Of a stretch of DNA of 53,889 nucleotides, positions 9,163 to 18,992 are shown in pieces. This stretch comes from Verrucomicrobiota bacterium (lineage in GTDB: Bacteria > Verrucomicrobiota > Verrucomicrobiia > Limisphaerales > Palsa-1400). The notes beneath the pieces are model-generated. The model was not told the origin of the DNA. It saw only the letters and a program-made list of their open reading frames with translations, and ran no database searches. The first letter of the stretch is position 1. Each line of letters starts with the position of its first letter. The DNA lies in assembly GCA_049510745.1 (NCBI GenBank), contig JBEKYR010000037.1, positions 1 through 53,889 of the forward strand, read 5' to 3'. The position numbers and the translations under genes are program-made.

Positions 9163-11154
9163 TCAGGGCGCTTCCAGCGACAGAAGCGTGAAACCCTGGG
9201 TGGCTGTGGCGGCATCCAATCGCCGAAGATAGGACGCCAGGGCGTCCGGTTCCACCACGTCGCTCAACGAGCGGTACTCGTACTCCAGGATCAGTTTGTT
9301 CTCGACAAGATCGGAGGCGCGGCGAAAGAAAAAGTCCCGGTGCTCGATCGTTTCGCTGCCGGTCTTGATGGGCAGGGCGGTGGTCAGGACGGCTTCGGCG
9401 CGGAATAGCTGGTGGACCGGGTAGCGCATCGCCCAGGGCATGGCGCGGGCGGATTCCGGCGGCCGCTCCATCGCGCCATCCACGTTGACCCCGTAGAGGC
9501 GGCAGTGGTAGTCGGCTTCATTGGGCGGGCGGCTCCACAGGCCTTCGATGCTGTAAAACTCCGTGATTTCAATCCGGTTTTGTTGCGGGTCATCGCGCAG
9601 CAGCGTCGGGCCGGCCCGGTGGATTTGAGGATAATACTTGGCGTAGGTGCTGAGGTTCTCCAGGTCGATGTCCTCCCGCGGCGTGGTGGCGTAGTGTTGA
9701 CGCAGACGGTCGGCATCGGCTCCCCCGGCCACCGTCGTGATTTTCAAACCGGCTTCGCCATGCAGGCTGCCGAGGGCGAAATAGGCCGACACGGTTGTTT
9801 TCGGCTGGATGGGGCAGGGCGGGATCGGGGTCAGCGCGGCAATGCCGGGCCGGACTCCCAGCCCCAAGCCGTAGAGCGGCCAGGATCGCACCGCCAGCGA
9901 ACCCCGTTGGTAGGCAACGGTCGCGTCCAGCCAGAAGGTTTGGCCCTCCAGGGTGACGGCGGCGATGGCGTGATCAAACAGGATGGGCGAGGGATGAAAA
10001 TCGGCCAGGGCGTTTTGCCAGCGCGTGCTGACCAAAACCGGAACGGCTTCCACCTTCAACGCCCGCAACAGCGCGACCAGCAGCAGGGTCTTCTCCTTGT
10101 CATCGCCGAAACGGCGGGCCGCCACGCTGGAAGGCGCAGCCGGCTCATAACCGGAATTGCCGTCGGCGGAATTGACGTTGCCGACCTCCTCCTGCACAAA
10201 GCGCAACGCCGCCAGGACCCGCTCCTGCGGCCCGGCCAACAGCTTCCACTCACGGATTTTGTTCGTCACTTCGGACGAGAGCGCGTTGGTGGTGGGCAAC
10301 CAGCGCAGCGCCCACTGGCTGACATCCGCCCACGTTTGGAACTCGCTCAATTGCACCCAGGGATACGGCTGGTACCAGGACGGCGTCCCGCTTTCCAGGC
10401 GCAAACCCGGCACGTTCCGCAGGTCCCAGGTGAACTCGACCAGATTGCTCTTGAGAAGAGTCGTCGGGCGGAGCGCGGCACCGTGGTTCTGCACGTAAAG
10501 CTTCCGCGAAGACGGCCACAGCACCTTGGTGACCAACCGTTCCACCGGCTCCGGCAACTGCGCCGGGGCCATTCCGACGAACTTCCCCTCCAGCGTCGGG
10601 TTGCTGCCCTCGATGGAATAGGCATAGTCCAGGATGTCGCCGGCGCGCACGTCCTCCAGCGTAAGCACGGCGGTTCGATCGGTGCCAAAAAGAAAGCCGC
10701 CGGCGTCCGGCGCCCGCCGGACGAAGCGCAGGTTGGATGGGTTCAGGCGGTTCAAGGCGTTGGTGCCGCGCCAGAGGCGCACCCAATGGAGCGCCAGCAC
10801 TTGGCAGCCCGGATCGTAGCTGATCGTGATTTGCGGCGGGTTCATCCCGAGGGCGGGGGCCGGCGCCTGGCGCACCTCGTGGCGGAACTGTTCGTCTGTC
10901 TGGGCGTTGCATTGCTGTTCGACCAGCAGCCAGCGCCAGTCTGCCGGCGCGGCCGCCGACGCCAGGGCCGAACGCTTGTCAAAGGAAAGCGGGTGGACCC
11001 ATTTTGAGGGCGGGGTCACGGCCGGATGGACCTCCTGCCCAAAACACGAAATTCCCGCCAGGCACAAACATGCCCGAGCCGCCCCCCGGAGCGCCTTTTG
11101 AAAACGAGCCGGAATTCTCAGCGGAACCTTGTCAGCGCCTTTATGTAAAAACAT
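9163..11154 (-). CDS. DUF3857 + transglutaminase-like domain secreted protein
   Basis: 'DVRAGDILDYAYS', 'ALRFVQEEV', 'RRFGDDKEKTLLL.ALL', 'FDHAI', 'WLDAT'; signal-peptide-like N-terminus, start uncertain. Confidence 0.85.
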   Translation of the reverse strand: MFLHKGADKVPLRIPARFQKALRGAARACLCLAGISCFGQEVHPAVTPPSKWVHPLSFDKRSALASAAAPADWRWLLVEQQCNAQTDEQFRHEVRQAPAPALGMNPPQITISYDPGCQVLALHWVRLWRGTNALNRLNPSNLRFVRRAPDAGGFLFGTDRTAVLTLEDVRAGDILDYAYSIEGSNPTLEGKFVGMAPAQLPEPVERLVTKVLWPSSRKLYVQNHGAALRPTTLLKSNLVEFTWDLRNVPGLRLESGTPSWYQPYPWVQLSEFQTWADVSQWALRWLPTTNALSSEVTNKIREWKLLAGPQERVLAALRFVQEEVGNVNSADGNSGYEPAAPSSVAARRFGDDKEKTLLLVALLRALKVEAVPVLVSTRWQNALADFHPSPILFDHAIAAVTLEGQTFWLDATVAYQRGSLAVRSWPLYGLGLGVRPGIAALTPIPPCPIQPKTTVSAYFALGSLHGEAGLKITTVAGGADADRLRQHYATTPREDIDLENLSTYAKYYPQIHRAGPTLLRDDPQQNRIEITEFYSIEGLWSRPPNEADYHCRLYGVNVDGAMERPPESARAMPWAMRYPVHQLFRAEAVLTTALPIKTGSETIEHRDFFFRRASDLVENKLILEYEYRSLSDVVEPDALASYLRRLDAATATQGFTLLSLEAP

Positions 11155-11293
11155 CGTCTGCCTGTCCTCTTTTCCGTTAATCTACCGCATCCCGTCAAAA
11201 TGGAAAGAGGGCGATGCAATTGCTTTGCAATTGCTTTGACGTCGGCGAAACTTTCTATATCCTGCCTTGTTTCAAACTGTGGAACACTGAATC

Positions 11294-13048
11294 ATGGCGA
11301 TTGTTTCTATTAAAACGCTGCTGGAGCGGCACCACCTTGCCACCCCGCGGCAATTCGAGGACTGGAACAAGGCCTGGCGTGTCGCCGTCGAAGGCGGTTC
11401 GCAGGATTCGCTGCTCTCGTTTATCGCCCGCGAAAGAGGCTCGACCGAGGAGGCTTTCCTGCAGGACCTGGCCAAGGCGCTGGGCTGGCCTTTTGTCGAT
11501 GTGGCCAAAACGGATGTCCCGGCGGAGGCCCGCAAAAGAATCTCGACCAAGGTCGCCTTCCAGTACACCGTCCTGCCCACCCAATTCGACAACGGCCAGC
11601 TCCAGGTGGCGGTCAGCAACCCCTTCGACACCGCCATGCTCAGCGCCGTGCAGTTCGACGCGCGCGTGCCGGTCAACTTCGCCCTGACCACGCGGGCCGA
11701 AATCGAGAAGTGCCTCAAAAAGTTCTACGGCGTCGGCGCCGAGACCCTGGACGAAATCTCCAAGGACGACGAACCGCTGGAATTGCTGGCGGAGGACAAG
11801 GAGATCACCGAAGGCGACCAGGAGGCGAGCGTCATCAAGTTTGTCAATCAGATTATTTGGGAGGCCTTCAAGGACCGGGCGACCGACATCCACTTCGAGC
11901 CGGCCGAGGATGAGCTGCGCATCCGTTACCGCATTGACGGCATCCTCCATCAAACCCCCATGCCGCCGCAGTTGAAGCGTTACCAGGCTTCCTTGATCTC
12001 CCGCATCAAGGTCATGTCCGGCATGAATATCGCCGAAAAACGCCTCCCGCAGGACGGCCGCATCAACGTGCGCATCAAGGGGGAGGAAATCGACATTCGC
12101 GTCTCCACCGTGCCGACCGTCTATGGGGAGAGCGTGTCGCTACGCCTGCTGACGCGCGGGAAGATTTTTCTGAGCCTGGACAAGCTGGGCTTTGCCCCGG
12201 AGGAGGACGCGCGCATTCGGGAGATCATTGTCAAGCCGCACGGCATCCTGCTGGTGACCGGGCCGACCGGCTCGGGCAAATCGACCTCGCTTTACGCCTT
12301 TCTCAGCACGATCAACTCGATCACCAAGCGCATCATCACCATCGAGGAGCCGGTCGAGTACGAGCTCAAGGGGATCAACCAGATCGCGGTGCGGTCGGAC
12401 ATCGGTTTGACCTTCGCCATGGGCCTGCGGCACATTTTGCGGCAGGACCCCAACGTCATCATGGTGGGGGAAATCCGGGACCTGGAGACGGCGGAAATCG
12501 CCATCCGCGCCGCCCTGACGGGGCACTTGGTTTTTAGCACGCTGCACACCAATGACGCCCCCAGCGCCTTTACGCGGCTCATCGACATGGGCATCGAGCC
12601 GTTTCTGGTCGCCTCCTCGGTCGAGGCGGTGCTGGCCCAACGGTTGGTGCGCACCATCTGTCCCAAATGCATGGCCGAACAGAAGGTCGAGCCGGCCTAT
12701 TTGCGGCGCGTCGGTTTTCCCGAAGAGGAGATCGAGACGGCCCGGTTTTGGAAAGGAGCCGGCTGCGAGGAGTGCCGCCAATTCGGTTACCAGGGCCGGA
12801 TGGGAATCTACGAGCTGCTCTTCGTGGATGAAGACCTGCGCTCGCTCATCCTCACCCGCGCCGCCGCCTCGACCATTGCCCAAAAAGCGATGGAACACGG
12901 CATGCGCACCTTGCGCAACGATGGCTGGAAGAAGGTCAAGCTGGGCCGCACCACCATCGAGGAGGTTATTCGCGTCACCCAAATGGAAGAACACATGATC
13001 GCGCTGGTGGATGACTCCAAAAAATCCACCCGGCCGAAAGGTCCCTGA
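11294..13048 (+). CDS. gspE: type II secretion/pilus assembly ATPase GspE/PilB
   Basis: Walker A GPTGSGKS, 'ATDIHFEP', 'RLPQDGRI', 'LRQDPNVIMVGEIRD', 'TGHLVFSTLHTND', CxxC...CxxC. Confidence 0.95.
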   Translation: MAIVSIKTLLERHHLATPRQFEDWNKAWRVAVEGGSQDSLLSFIARERGSTEEAFLQDLAKALGWPFVDVAKTDVPAEARKRISTKVAFQYTVLPTQFDNGQLQVAVSNPFDTAMLSAVQFDARVPVNFALTTRAEIEKCLKKFYGVGAETLDEISKDDEPLELLAEDKEITEGDQEASVIKFVNQIIWEAFKDRATDIHFEPAEDELRIRYRIDGILHQTPMPPQLKRYQASLISRIKVMSGMNIAEKRLPQDGRINVRIKGEEIDIRVSTVPTVYGESVSLRLLTRGKIFLSLDKLGFAPEEDARIREIIVKPHGILLVTGPTGSGKSTSLYAFLSTINSITKRIITIEEPVEYELKGINQIAVRSDIGLTFAMGLRHILRQDPNVIMVGEIRDLETAEIAIRAALTGHLVFSTLHTNDAPSAFTRLIDMGIEPFLVASSVEAVLAQRLVRTICPKCMAEQKVEPAYLRRVGFPEEEIETARFWKGAGCEECRQFGYQGRMGIYELLFVDEDLRSLILTRAAASTIAQKAMEHGMRTLRNDGWKKVKLGRTTIEEVIRVTQMEEHMIALVDDSKKSTRPKGP

Positions 13049-14418
13049 TGGCCCGCTGGCACACCGCAAACGTTCTTCAAACCACCGCCGGCGGACGGCG
13101 TCTCTGGCACCTTTCGGCCAACAGCGACGGATTCGCCGTCGAAAGTGAAAAGGCGCTCTTGCTTGGCGAACGCGTTCCGGCGGGCATCGCGGCCAAGGAC
13201 TGGCAGACCCTTTTTCGCCGCAAGCTTAATCTGGCCTGGCTGCCGGCCAACAAGGTCTTTTTACGCACCGTGCAACTTCCCGCCAGCGAGCCGGCGGAAA
13301 TCGTTCAAATGGTCGAGCTGCAACTGGAAAAGCTTTCTCCGATGCCCGTCACTCAAATCGTGTGGAGTGTTTATTTGCTGCCGCGCCCGGCGGACAAACC
13401 GGACGCCCTGCAAACGGTCATTGTCATGATCGCCGGCCGCAGCGCGGTGGAGGAATTTTTGGGACAATTGGAGGGGGAAGGCTACCTGGCCGACCGCCTG
13501 GAAGCCCCCGGACTGGACCAACTCCTGGCCGCCGACATCCGTGAAGACGGCGTCTGGATTTTCCCCGGCTCGGAGGATGAACCGGTCCTGGTCGCCTGGT
13601 GGTGTGGCGGCACGGCGCAGAATTTGACCATGGTTTCCCTGCCCGCCGGCCCCGAACGCGGCCCGCGGCTCAAAACTCAGATCGAGCAGATGGCCTGGGC
13701 CGGCGAATTGGAAGGCTGGTTGAGTGCTCCCCCGAAAATTCATCTGGTTGCCGGCCCCGCCGAAGCCAGGTTTTGGGAGCCGGTCTTCAAGGAGGCGGGC
13801 GAGGAGATCGCCGTCGTCGCCCCCCTGCCGACCCCGAAGTTGGCGGCTTTAAGCGCCCGGCGTTGCGCCGGCGACGCCACGGGCGTGAGCCTCCTGCCGC
13901 AGGAATTCGCCAGCCGCTACCGCCAGCAATTCGTCGATGGCCTCTGGATGCGCGGCTTGATGGCCGTCTTAAGCGCCTACGTCATTGGCGTGCTCATCTA
14001 TTTCGGGGCGCTTTACGTTTTGAAGCTCAATTACACCCGCGTCAAACAGGAGATGGACAGCCGCAGCGGAAGTTATACCAATGCGCTCAAGGACGCCGCG
14101 CAGGTTCAGATCCTCAAGGTCCGGCAGGAACTCAAATACAAGGCCCTGGATTGCTGGAAGGCGCTCGCCGAAAACCTGCCCGACGGCACCACCATCGATG
14201 GCATCTACTTCCGGCGCGGAAGCTTTGAATTGCACGGCACCGCCGACGACACCGCCGCCGTCCTTACTTTCAACCAGGCGATGCGTGATGTTCTCAATCC
14301 CAACCGGGACGGCCAGCCGTTGTTCTCCGAGGTTTCCCAGCCGACCATGCAAAGCCGCGGCGCCAACACCACGGAATGGAGGTTCAACTGCACGATGAAA
14401 GAGGAGGCTGATGAATAG
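13048..14418 (+). CDS. GspL/PilM-PilN-like inner-membrane platform protein
   Basis: cytoplasmic domain, 'SLLP' motif, single TM, periplasmic 'L..LP...I......FELHG'; TGATG overlap with gspE. Confidence 0.7.
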   Translation: MARWHTANVLQTTAGGRRLWHLSANSDGFAVESEKALLLGERVPAGIAAKDWQTLFRRKLNLAWLPANKVFLRTVQLPASEPAEIVQMVELQLEKLSPMPVTQIVWSVYLLPRPADKPDALQTVIVMIAGRSAVEEFLGQLEGEGYLADRLEAPGLDQLLAADIREDGVWIFPGSEDEPVLVAWWCGGTAQNLTMVSLPAGPERGPRLKTQIEQMAWAGELEGWLSAPPKIHLVAGPAEARFWEPVFKEAGEEIAVVAPLPTPKLAALSARRCAGDATGVSLLPQEFASRYRQQFVDGLWMRGLMAVLSAYVIGVLIYFGALYVLKLNYTRVKQEMDSRSGSYTNALKDAAQVQILKVRQELKYKALDCWKALAENLPDGTTIDGIYFRRGSFELHGTADDTAAVLTFNQAMRDVLNPNRDGQPLFSEVSQPTMQSRGANTTEWRFNCTMKEEADE

Positions 14419-15184
14419 CTTCCTGGAACAACTCAATTTGACGCCCCAGGAACGGCGCATCGTGGTGGCAATCGGCCTGGTCGTCATTATCGTGCTCAAT
14501 CTGTTGTTCGTCTGGCCGCATTTTGGCGAATGGGGACGCACCCAGAAACAGCTCGCCCAAATGTACCGCACCATCGAAACCTTCAACCGGGAAATCGCGG
14601 CGGATACCAACCCGACCAACGGAATCAAAAAGGAACTGGCAAAACTGGAGCGCCAGGAGGGGGCCGCCCGCATGGACGTGCAAGTCCAATTGCAGGAAAC
14701 CATCAGGGCTTTGGCCCTCAAAAACGGGGTCACTGTCAATAATTATGTTCCGGTCGGCTCCAGAAACCCGCAAACCAACGAGTTCTTTGAGGAGCAATCC
14801 CAGCAAATCACCATCGAAAGCCAGGAACCCCAGTTGGTCGCTTTCCTTTACCAAATCGGCAACGATCCTTCCATGATTCGCGTCAGCGAACTGGAACTCT
14901 CCCCGGCCGATCAAAACCGCTACAAATTCCGCGGCAGAATCACTCTGACGGCCAATTTCGCCAAAAAACCTCCGGCGTCCGCTGCCGCCGCCAAAGCCGC
15001 CAAGCCCGGGGCGCCCGCCGCAAAGCAGCCGGCAGGCCCCAAACAGCCTCCCGCGGCCAAGCCGCCCGTCGGACCCAAGCCCGGCGGTCCGCCTGTTCCG
15101 GGCCAGCGGCCCGGCTCCAATCCAAAAACAATCCCCAGCCCGATGGCTCCGCCCGGCCAAAACCCCATCCGGAAAAATTTATGA
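14411..15184 (+). CDS. GspM/PilO-like protein with Pro/Ala/Lys-rich tail
   Basis: 'LTPQERRIV' + TM + coiled coil + 'LVAFLYQI.....IRVSELEL'; operon position. Confidence 0.7.
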   Translation: MNSFLEQLNLTPQERRIVVAIGLVVIIVLNLLFVWPHFGEWGRTQKQLAQMYRTIETFNREIAADTNPTNGIKKELAKLERQEGAARMDVQVQLQETIRALALKNGVTVNNYVPVGSRNPQTNEFFEEQSQQITIESQEPQLVAFLYQIGNDPSMIRVSELELSPADQNRYKFRGRITLTANFAKKPPASAAAAKAAKPGAPAAKQPAGPKQPPAAKPPVGPKPGGPPVPGQRPGSNPKTIPSPMAPPGQNPIRKNL

Positions 15185-17493
15185 ACGCAAAACGCTTCAT
15201 GCCGTTGTCTCTTCTCCTGGCTCTGGTGACAGTGCTCGGCGCCCAACCAGTTCCCCCGGCGCCGGGCAGCGGCCAGCCTGCCCAACTGCCCATTCCCCCG
15301 CGTCCCATCGTCCAGGCGGCGCCCCGGGCGGCCGGCACCAACCGCCCACCGGCCATGCCCGCCATCCCCGGCCTGCCGGCGCTCCCGGTCCCAGCGGTCA
15401 CTCCCCCGGCGCCGACAACTGTGCCGCCACCGACGGCGGCCGCCCTGCCGCCCGCCGCCCCGAATGCCAATCCCGCCCGGCCGACGGTGGAGCCAGCCGA
15501 CATCAGTTATAATTTTCCAGCCATTCCGGTGGATCAATTGCTGGATATTTACGCCGGTTTGGTCGGACGAACCCTCCTGCGGGCCAGCACCGGCGCCTCG
15601 GCCATCCCAGCCAACGCCACCATCGCCCTGAAAACCGAAAGCCCCTTGACCCGCTCGGAGGCGATTGAAGCGCTCGAAACGATCCTGGGCATGAACGGCA
15701 TCACCATTGTCCCCATCGGCGACAAATTCGCCAAGGTCGTCACAGAAGCGGCCGCCTCCAAGGCGGGCGGCGTCATTTCCTCCAACTTCGCCCTGCCTGA
15801 AGCCGGCAAGTTCGTCACCCAAATCCTCCAGGCCCGCTACGCCGCCGTGCAGGACCTGGTCGAAGTGCTCAAGCCCTTTTCCCGGATGGACAACAGCATC
15901 ATCGCCCTGCCCAGCACCCAGACGCTCATTCTGCGCGACTACGCAGAAAACGTGGCGCGCATGATGGAGATGGTCAAGAGAATCGACGTGCTGACCCCGC
16001 TCATCGTCAAGCCGCAGGTGATCCCGATCAAGTACGCCTTGGCCAGCGACATCTCCACCGCGCTGGGCGCGCTCGGGGCCAGCGGCGGCGCCTCGGTCGG
16101 AAAGAGCAGCTCCGGCGCCAGTTTCAGCTCCTCGCGCGGCACCAGCACCACCGGCATTGGCGGCAGCGGCATCGGCGGCGCCGGTGGCTATCCCGGACAG
16201 CCCGCCACCTCCAGCCCCCTGGGCTCCGCCGCGACCAGCGCCCGCAGCTCCTTCCAAAGCAATCTCCAGCGGATCGTCTCCAACGCCGCCAGCGCCGGCC
16301 AATTCCAGTTGTTCGGCCAGACCAAGATCATCGCCGACGAACGCACCAATTCCCTGCTCGTCTTCGCCAATGACGACGACATGAAAATGATCAAGGACAT
16401 CATCGACAAGCTCGACGTCGTCCTGGCCCAGGTCTTGATCGACACGATCATCATGGAAGTCAACTTGACAGGAACACAGTCCCAGGGCGTCAGTTACATC
16501 CAGCCGCAGCAGAACGTCGGCAAGTTCAGCGGCATCGGTGGCGTCAACAATTTAACCACCGCCGCCAGCGGCTTTCTGACCGGCGGCTCGACCAACAGCG
16601 GCAGCTCCGTTTCTCCCGGCAACTCGACCCTGGCCAATCTTCCCGGCGGATTCAGTTACTTCGCCAAATGGGGCAACGACCTCAACGTCGTCCTCGAGGC
16701 GGTCGCCGGCGACAGCCGGGTGACGGTTCTTTCCCGCCCGCGCATCCAAACCTCCCACGCCGTCCCGGCCGATCTCTTCATCGGCGAGACTGTCCCCTAT
16801 ATCACCGGCACCTACAATTACGGCTATTCCACCGGACCGAGCGCCAATTACTCGCAATTGGAGGTCGGCATCCATCTTCAGGTCTTGCCCCTCATCAATC
16901 CCGACGGCTTGGTGGTCATGGATATCCAGGCCGATGTCGAACAAATTGAAAGCTACACCCAAATCTCCGGCAACGCCGTCCCCACCACCTCCAAGCGCCA
17001 GGCGGGCGCCAAGGTCGCCGTGCGAGACGGCGAAACCATTATCCTGGGCGGTTTCATTGGCGACAACCGCAGCAAATCCGATTCCGGCGTTCCCTATTTG
17101 AAAGACATCCCCCTCCTGGGCCATTTGTTCAAAAGCTCTTCCATCAATAACCAACGCACCGAACTGATCATGCTCATGCGGCCCACCGTCCTGCCGACCC
17201 CCGCCGTCGCTGCCCTGGTCGCCACCGCCGAGCGCAACAAGCTCTCCGGCGTCAAACAGGCCGAGCGCGATATCCGCCGGGAAGAAAGCGAGCGCAATGC
17301 CGTCATTGAGGCCGAAATGGCTAGCGATGCCGCCAAACGAGCCAAGAAAGACGCGCAGAAGAAAGCCTCCTCCGACGTGCCCGGCAATGGCCAGCCCATC
17401 ATCGAGTACGATTACCTCAAGCAGCATTCGCAGGAGCGGAATGCCGCGCCCGATTCCGGCCACGGCTCGACCAACGCCCCGCCCTCCAACTGA
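15181..17493 (+). CDS. gspD: secretin GspD
   Basis: 'IIADERTNSLLV', 'LD....QVLI', 'VLSRPRI', 'V.VRDGETIILGG', 'GVPYLKDIPLLGHLFKS......TELIML.RP'. Confidence 0.95.
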   Translation: MNAKRFMPLSLLLALVTVLGAQPVPPAPGSGQPAQLPIPPRPIVQAAPRAAGTNRPPAMPAIPGLPALPVPAVTPPAPTTVPPPTAAALPPAAPNANPARPTVEPADISYNFPAIPVDQLLDIYAGLVGRTLLRASTGASAIPANATIALKTESPLTRSEAIEALETILGMNGITIVPIGDKFAKVVTEAAASKAGGVISSNFALPEAGKFVTQILQARYAAVQDLVEVLKPFSRMDNSIIALPSTQTLILRDYAENVARMMEMVKRIDVLTPLIVKPQVIPIKYALASDISTALGALGASGGASVGKSSSGASFSSSRGTSTTGIGGSGIGGAGGYPGQPATSSPLGSAATSARSSFQSNLQRIVSNAASAGQFQLFGQTKIIADERTNSLLVFANDDDMKMIKDIIDKLDVVLAQVLIDTIIMEVNLTGTQSQGVSYIQPQQNVGKFSGIGGVNNLTTAASGFLTGGSTNSGSSVSPGNSTLANLPGGFSYFAKWGNDLNVVLEAVAGDSRVTVLSRPRIQTSHAVPADLFIGETVPYITGTYNYGYSTGPSANYSQLEVGIHLQVLPLINPDGLVVMDIQADVEQIESYTQISGNAVPTTSKRQAGAKVAVRDGETIILGGFIGDNRSKSDSGVPYLKDIPLLGHLFKSSSINNQRTELIMLMRPTVLPTPAVAALVATAERNKLSGVKQAERDIRREESERNAVIEAEMASDAAKRAKKDAQKKASSDVPGNGQPIIEYDYLKQHSQERNAAPDSGHGSTNAPPSN

Positions 17494-17629
17494 GCCGGCT
17501 CGCTCCGCTGGGACTCGCGGCCGCCTCTTGCGCCGGCCCTGCCGCGCCCTTGGGACACCCGGAACTTGCGGTGTTGCAAAAATCCGCCGGCAGCGGTTAC
17601 ATTGCCTGTCAGAACTTGCGCTCTGCGCG

Positions 17630-18835
17630 ATGAAGAGAAGCATTTATGTAGTTGATGACCAGGCGGGCGTGCTCGAAACCGCGGTCTTGATCCTTCGTTG
17701 CATCGATCCGGAATGGGTCGTTGAGGGGTTCAAGGACCCTTTGGCGGCCCTGGCGGCCGTCAAGGCCAGGGCGCCCGATCTCATCCTCTCCGATCAGCTC
17801 ATGCCGGGCATGCAGGGCAGCCAACTGCTCGAAGAGGTCCGATCCGTTTCCCCGCTCACCATCCGCGTCATCATGTCCGGCTACGTGGCGCTCAACAAGT
17901 TGACTCTCATCACCTCGGCCCACCAATACCTGGCCAAACCCTTTGACAGCGCCAAACTTCGCAACTTGGTCCAGCGCGGCTTCGCTGCCCGCGATCGAAT
18001 CGCGGACAACGGTTTGCAAACCGTTGTCGCCGCCCTTCGCTCCATTCCCTCGCTCCCGCAGGTCCACCAGTCGCTCCTGGCCGAGTTGGAGGACCACCAC
18101 CACGCCAGCGCCTCCATTGGCCGCCTGATCGCCGCCGACGCCGGCCTTTCCGTCAAGGTCCTGCAACTGGCCAATTCCCCGCTCTTCGGACAAGGCTATC
18201 TCATCACCAACCCGCTGGACGCGGTGCTCTGCCTGGGCACGGACCTCATTGCCGCGCTGGTCTTCTCGCAAAGCCTCTTCCGCCACTACGAAACTCTCTC
18301 GCATCCGGAACTCGACGTGGCCCGCCTCTGGAACCACTCCTGGGCCACGGCCTATCTGGCGCAACACATCGGCCGGGAAAAACAACTCTCCCGCAAGGCG
18401 GCCGAGGAAGCTTTTCTGGCGGGCTTGCTGCACGAGAGCGGGCGATTAATTCTTATTGATAACTTCCCGGGCCGCTTCGAGGCGGCCTGCGAGGCCGCGC
18501 GTCAATCAAAATCTCCCCTGGCCCCACGCCTGCGGGAGGTCTTCCAGGCCGGCGTCCCCCGGATCACCGCCTACCTTCTGGAACTGTGGGGCATGCCCGT
18601 CAGCGTCATCGAAGCCATCGCCGCCCAGGAACAGCCGGAAGGCCCGCCGCCGGGCGCTTTCTCCATCGCCGCCGCCCTCTTCCTCGCCGACCGGATTGCC
18701 TCCGCCAATTCTCCACCCGATGACTTTGCCGTCGAAGATTGGAACCGCGACTACCTCCAGGCCATCGGCTGCGCGGACGACGTGCCTGTCTGGGAAAAGC
18801 TCCCCCTGGAACAGTCCCCCGGCCCCGTCAAGTAA
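17630..18835 (+). CDS. response regulator receiver + HDOD protein
   Basis: 'IYVVDD', '[13 protein letters not shown]', 'YLAKP'; 'VLQLANSP', '[11 protein letters not shown]'; ATG at 17630. Confidence 0.9.
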   Translation: MKRSIYVVDDQAGVLETAVLILRCIDPEWVVEGFKDPLAALAAVKARAPDLILSDQLMPGMQGSQLLEEVRSVSPLTIRVIMSGYVALNKLTLITSAHQYLAKPFDSAKLRNLVQRGFAARDRIADNGLQTVVAALRSIPSLPQVHQSLLAELEDHHHASASIGRLIAADAGLSVKVLQLANSPLFGQGYLITNPLDAVLCLGTDLIAALVFSQSLFRHYETLSHPELDVARLWNHSWATAYLAQHIGREKQLSRKAAEEAFLAGLLHESGRLILIDNFPGRFEAACEAARQSKSPLAPRLREVFQAGVPRITAYLLELWGMPVSVIEAIAAQEQPEGPPPGAFSIAAALFLADRIASANSPPDDFAVEDWNRDYLQAIGCADDVPVWEKLPLEQSPGPVK

Positions 18836-18992
18836 CGCCCTTGCTTCTTCAATTGCTCCTGCCTCTGCGCCCAACCGTGGAATCCGCCCTGGCAGGGCGG
18901 GCGAGCGGGCGAGGTCATTCACCGATCCTCCTTTTCTTTTACGGCGTTGTGCCTTAAATTGGCGGGATGCACTGATTGCAGAATTCAAAGAC

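Noticed and set aside
14960..15500. Pro/Ala-rich low-complexity stretch as a DNA repeat
   Set aside because: Explained by coding linkers of GspM and GspD
17297..18992. Long N-terminal extensions of the REC-HDOD and UvrA ORFs in the ORF track
   Set aside because: They overlap upstream genes; family similarity starts at ATG 17630 and ATG 18993
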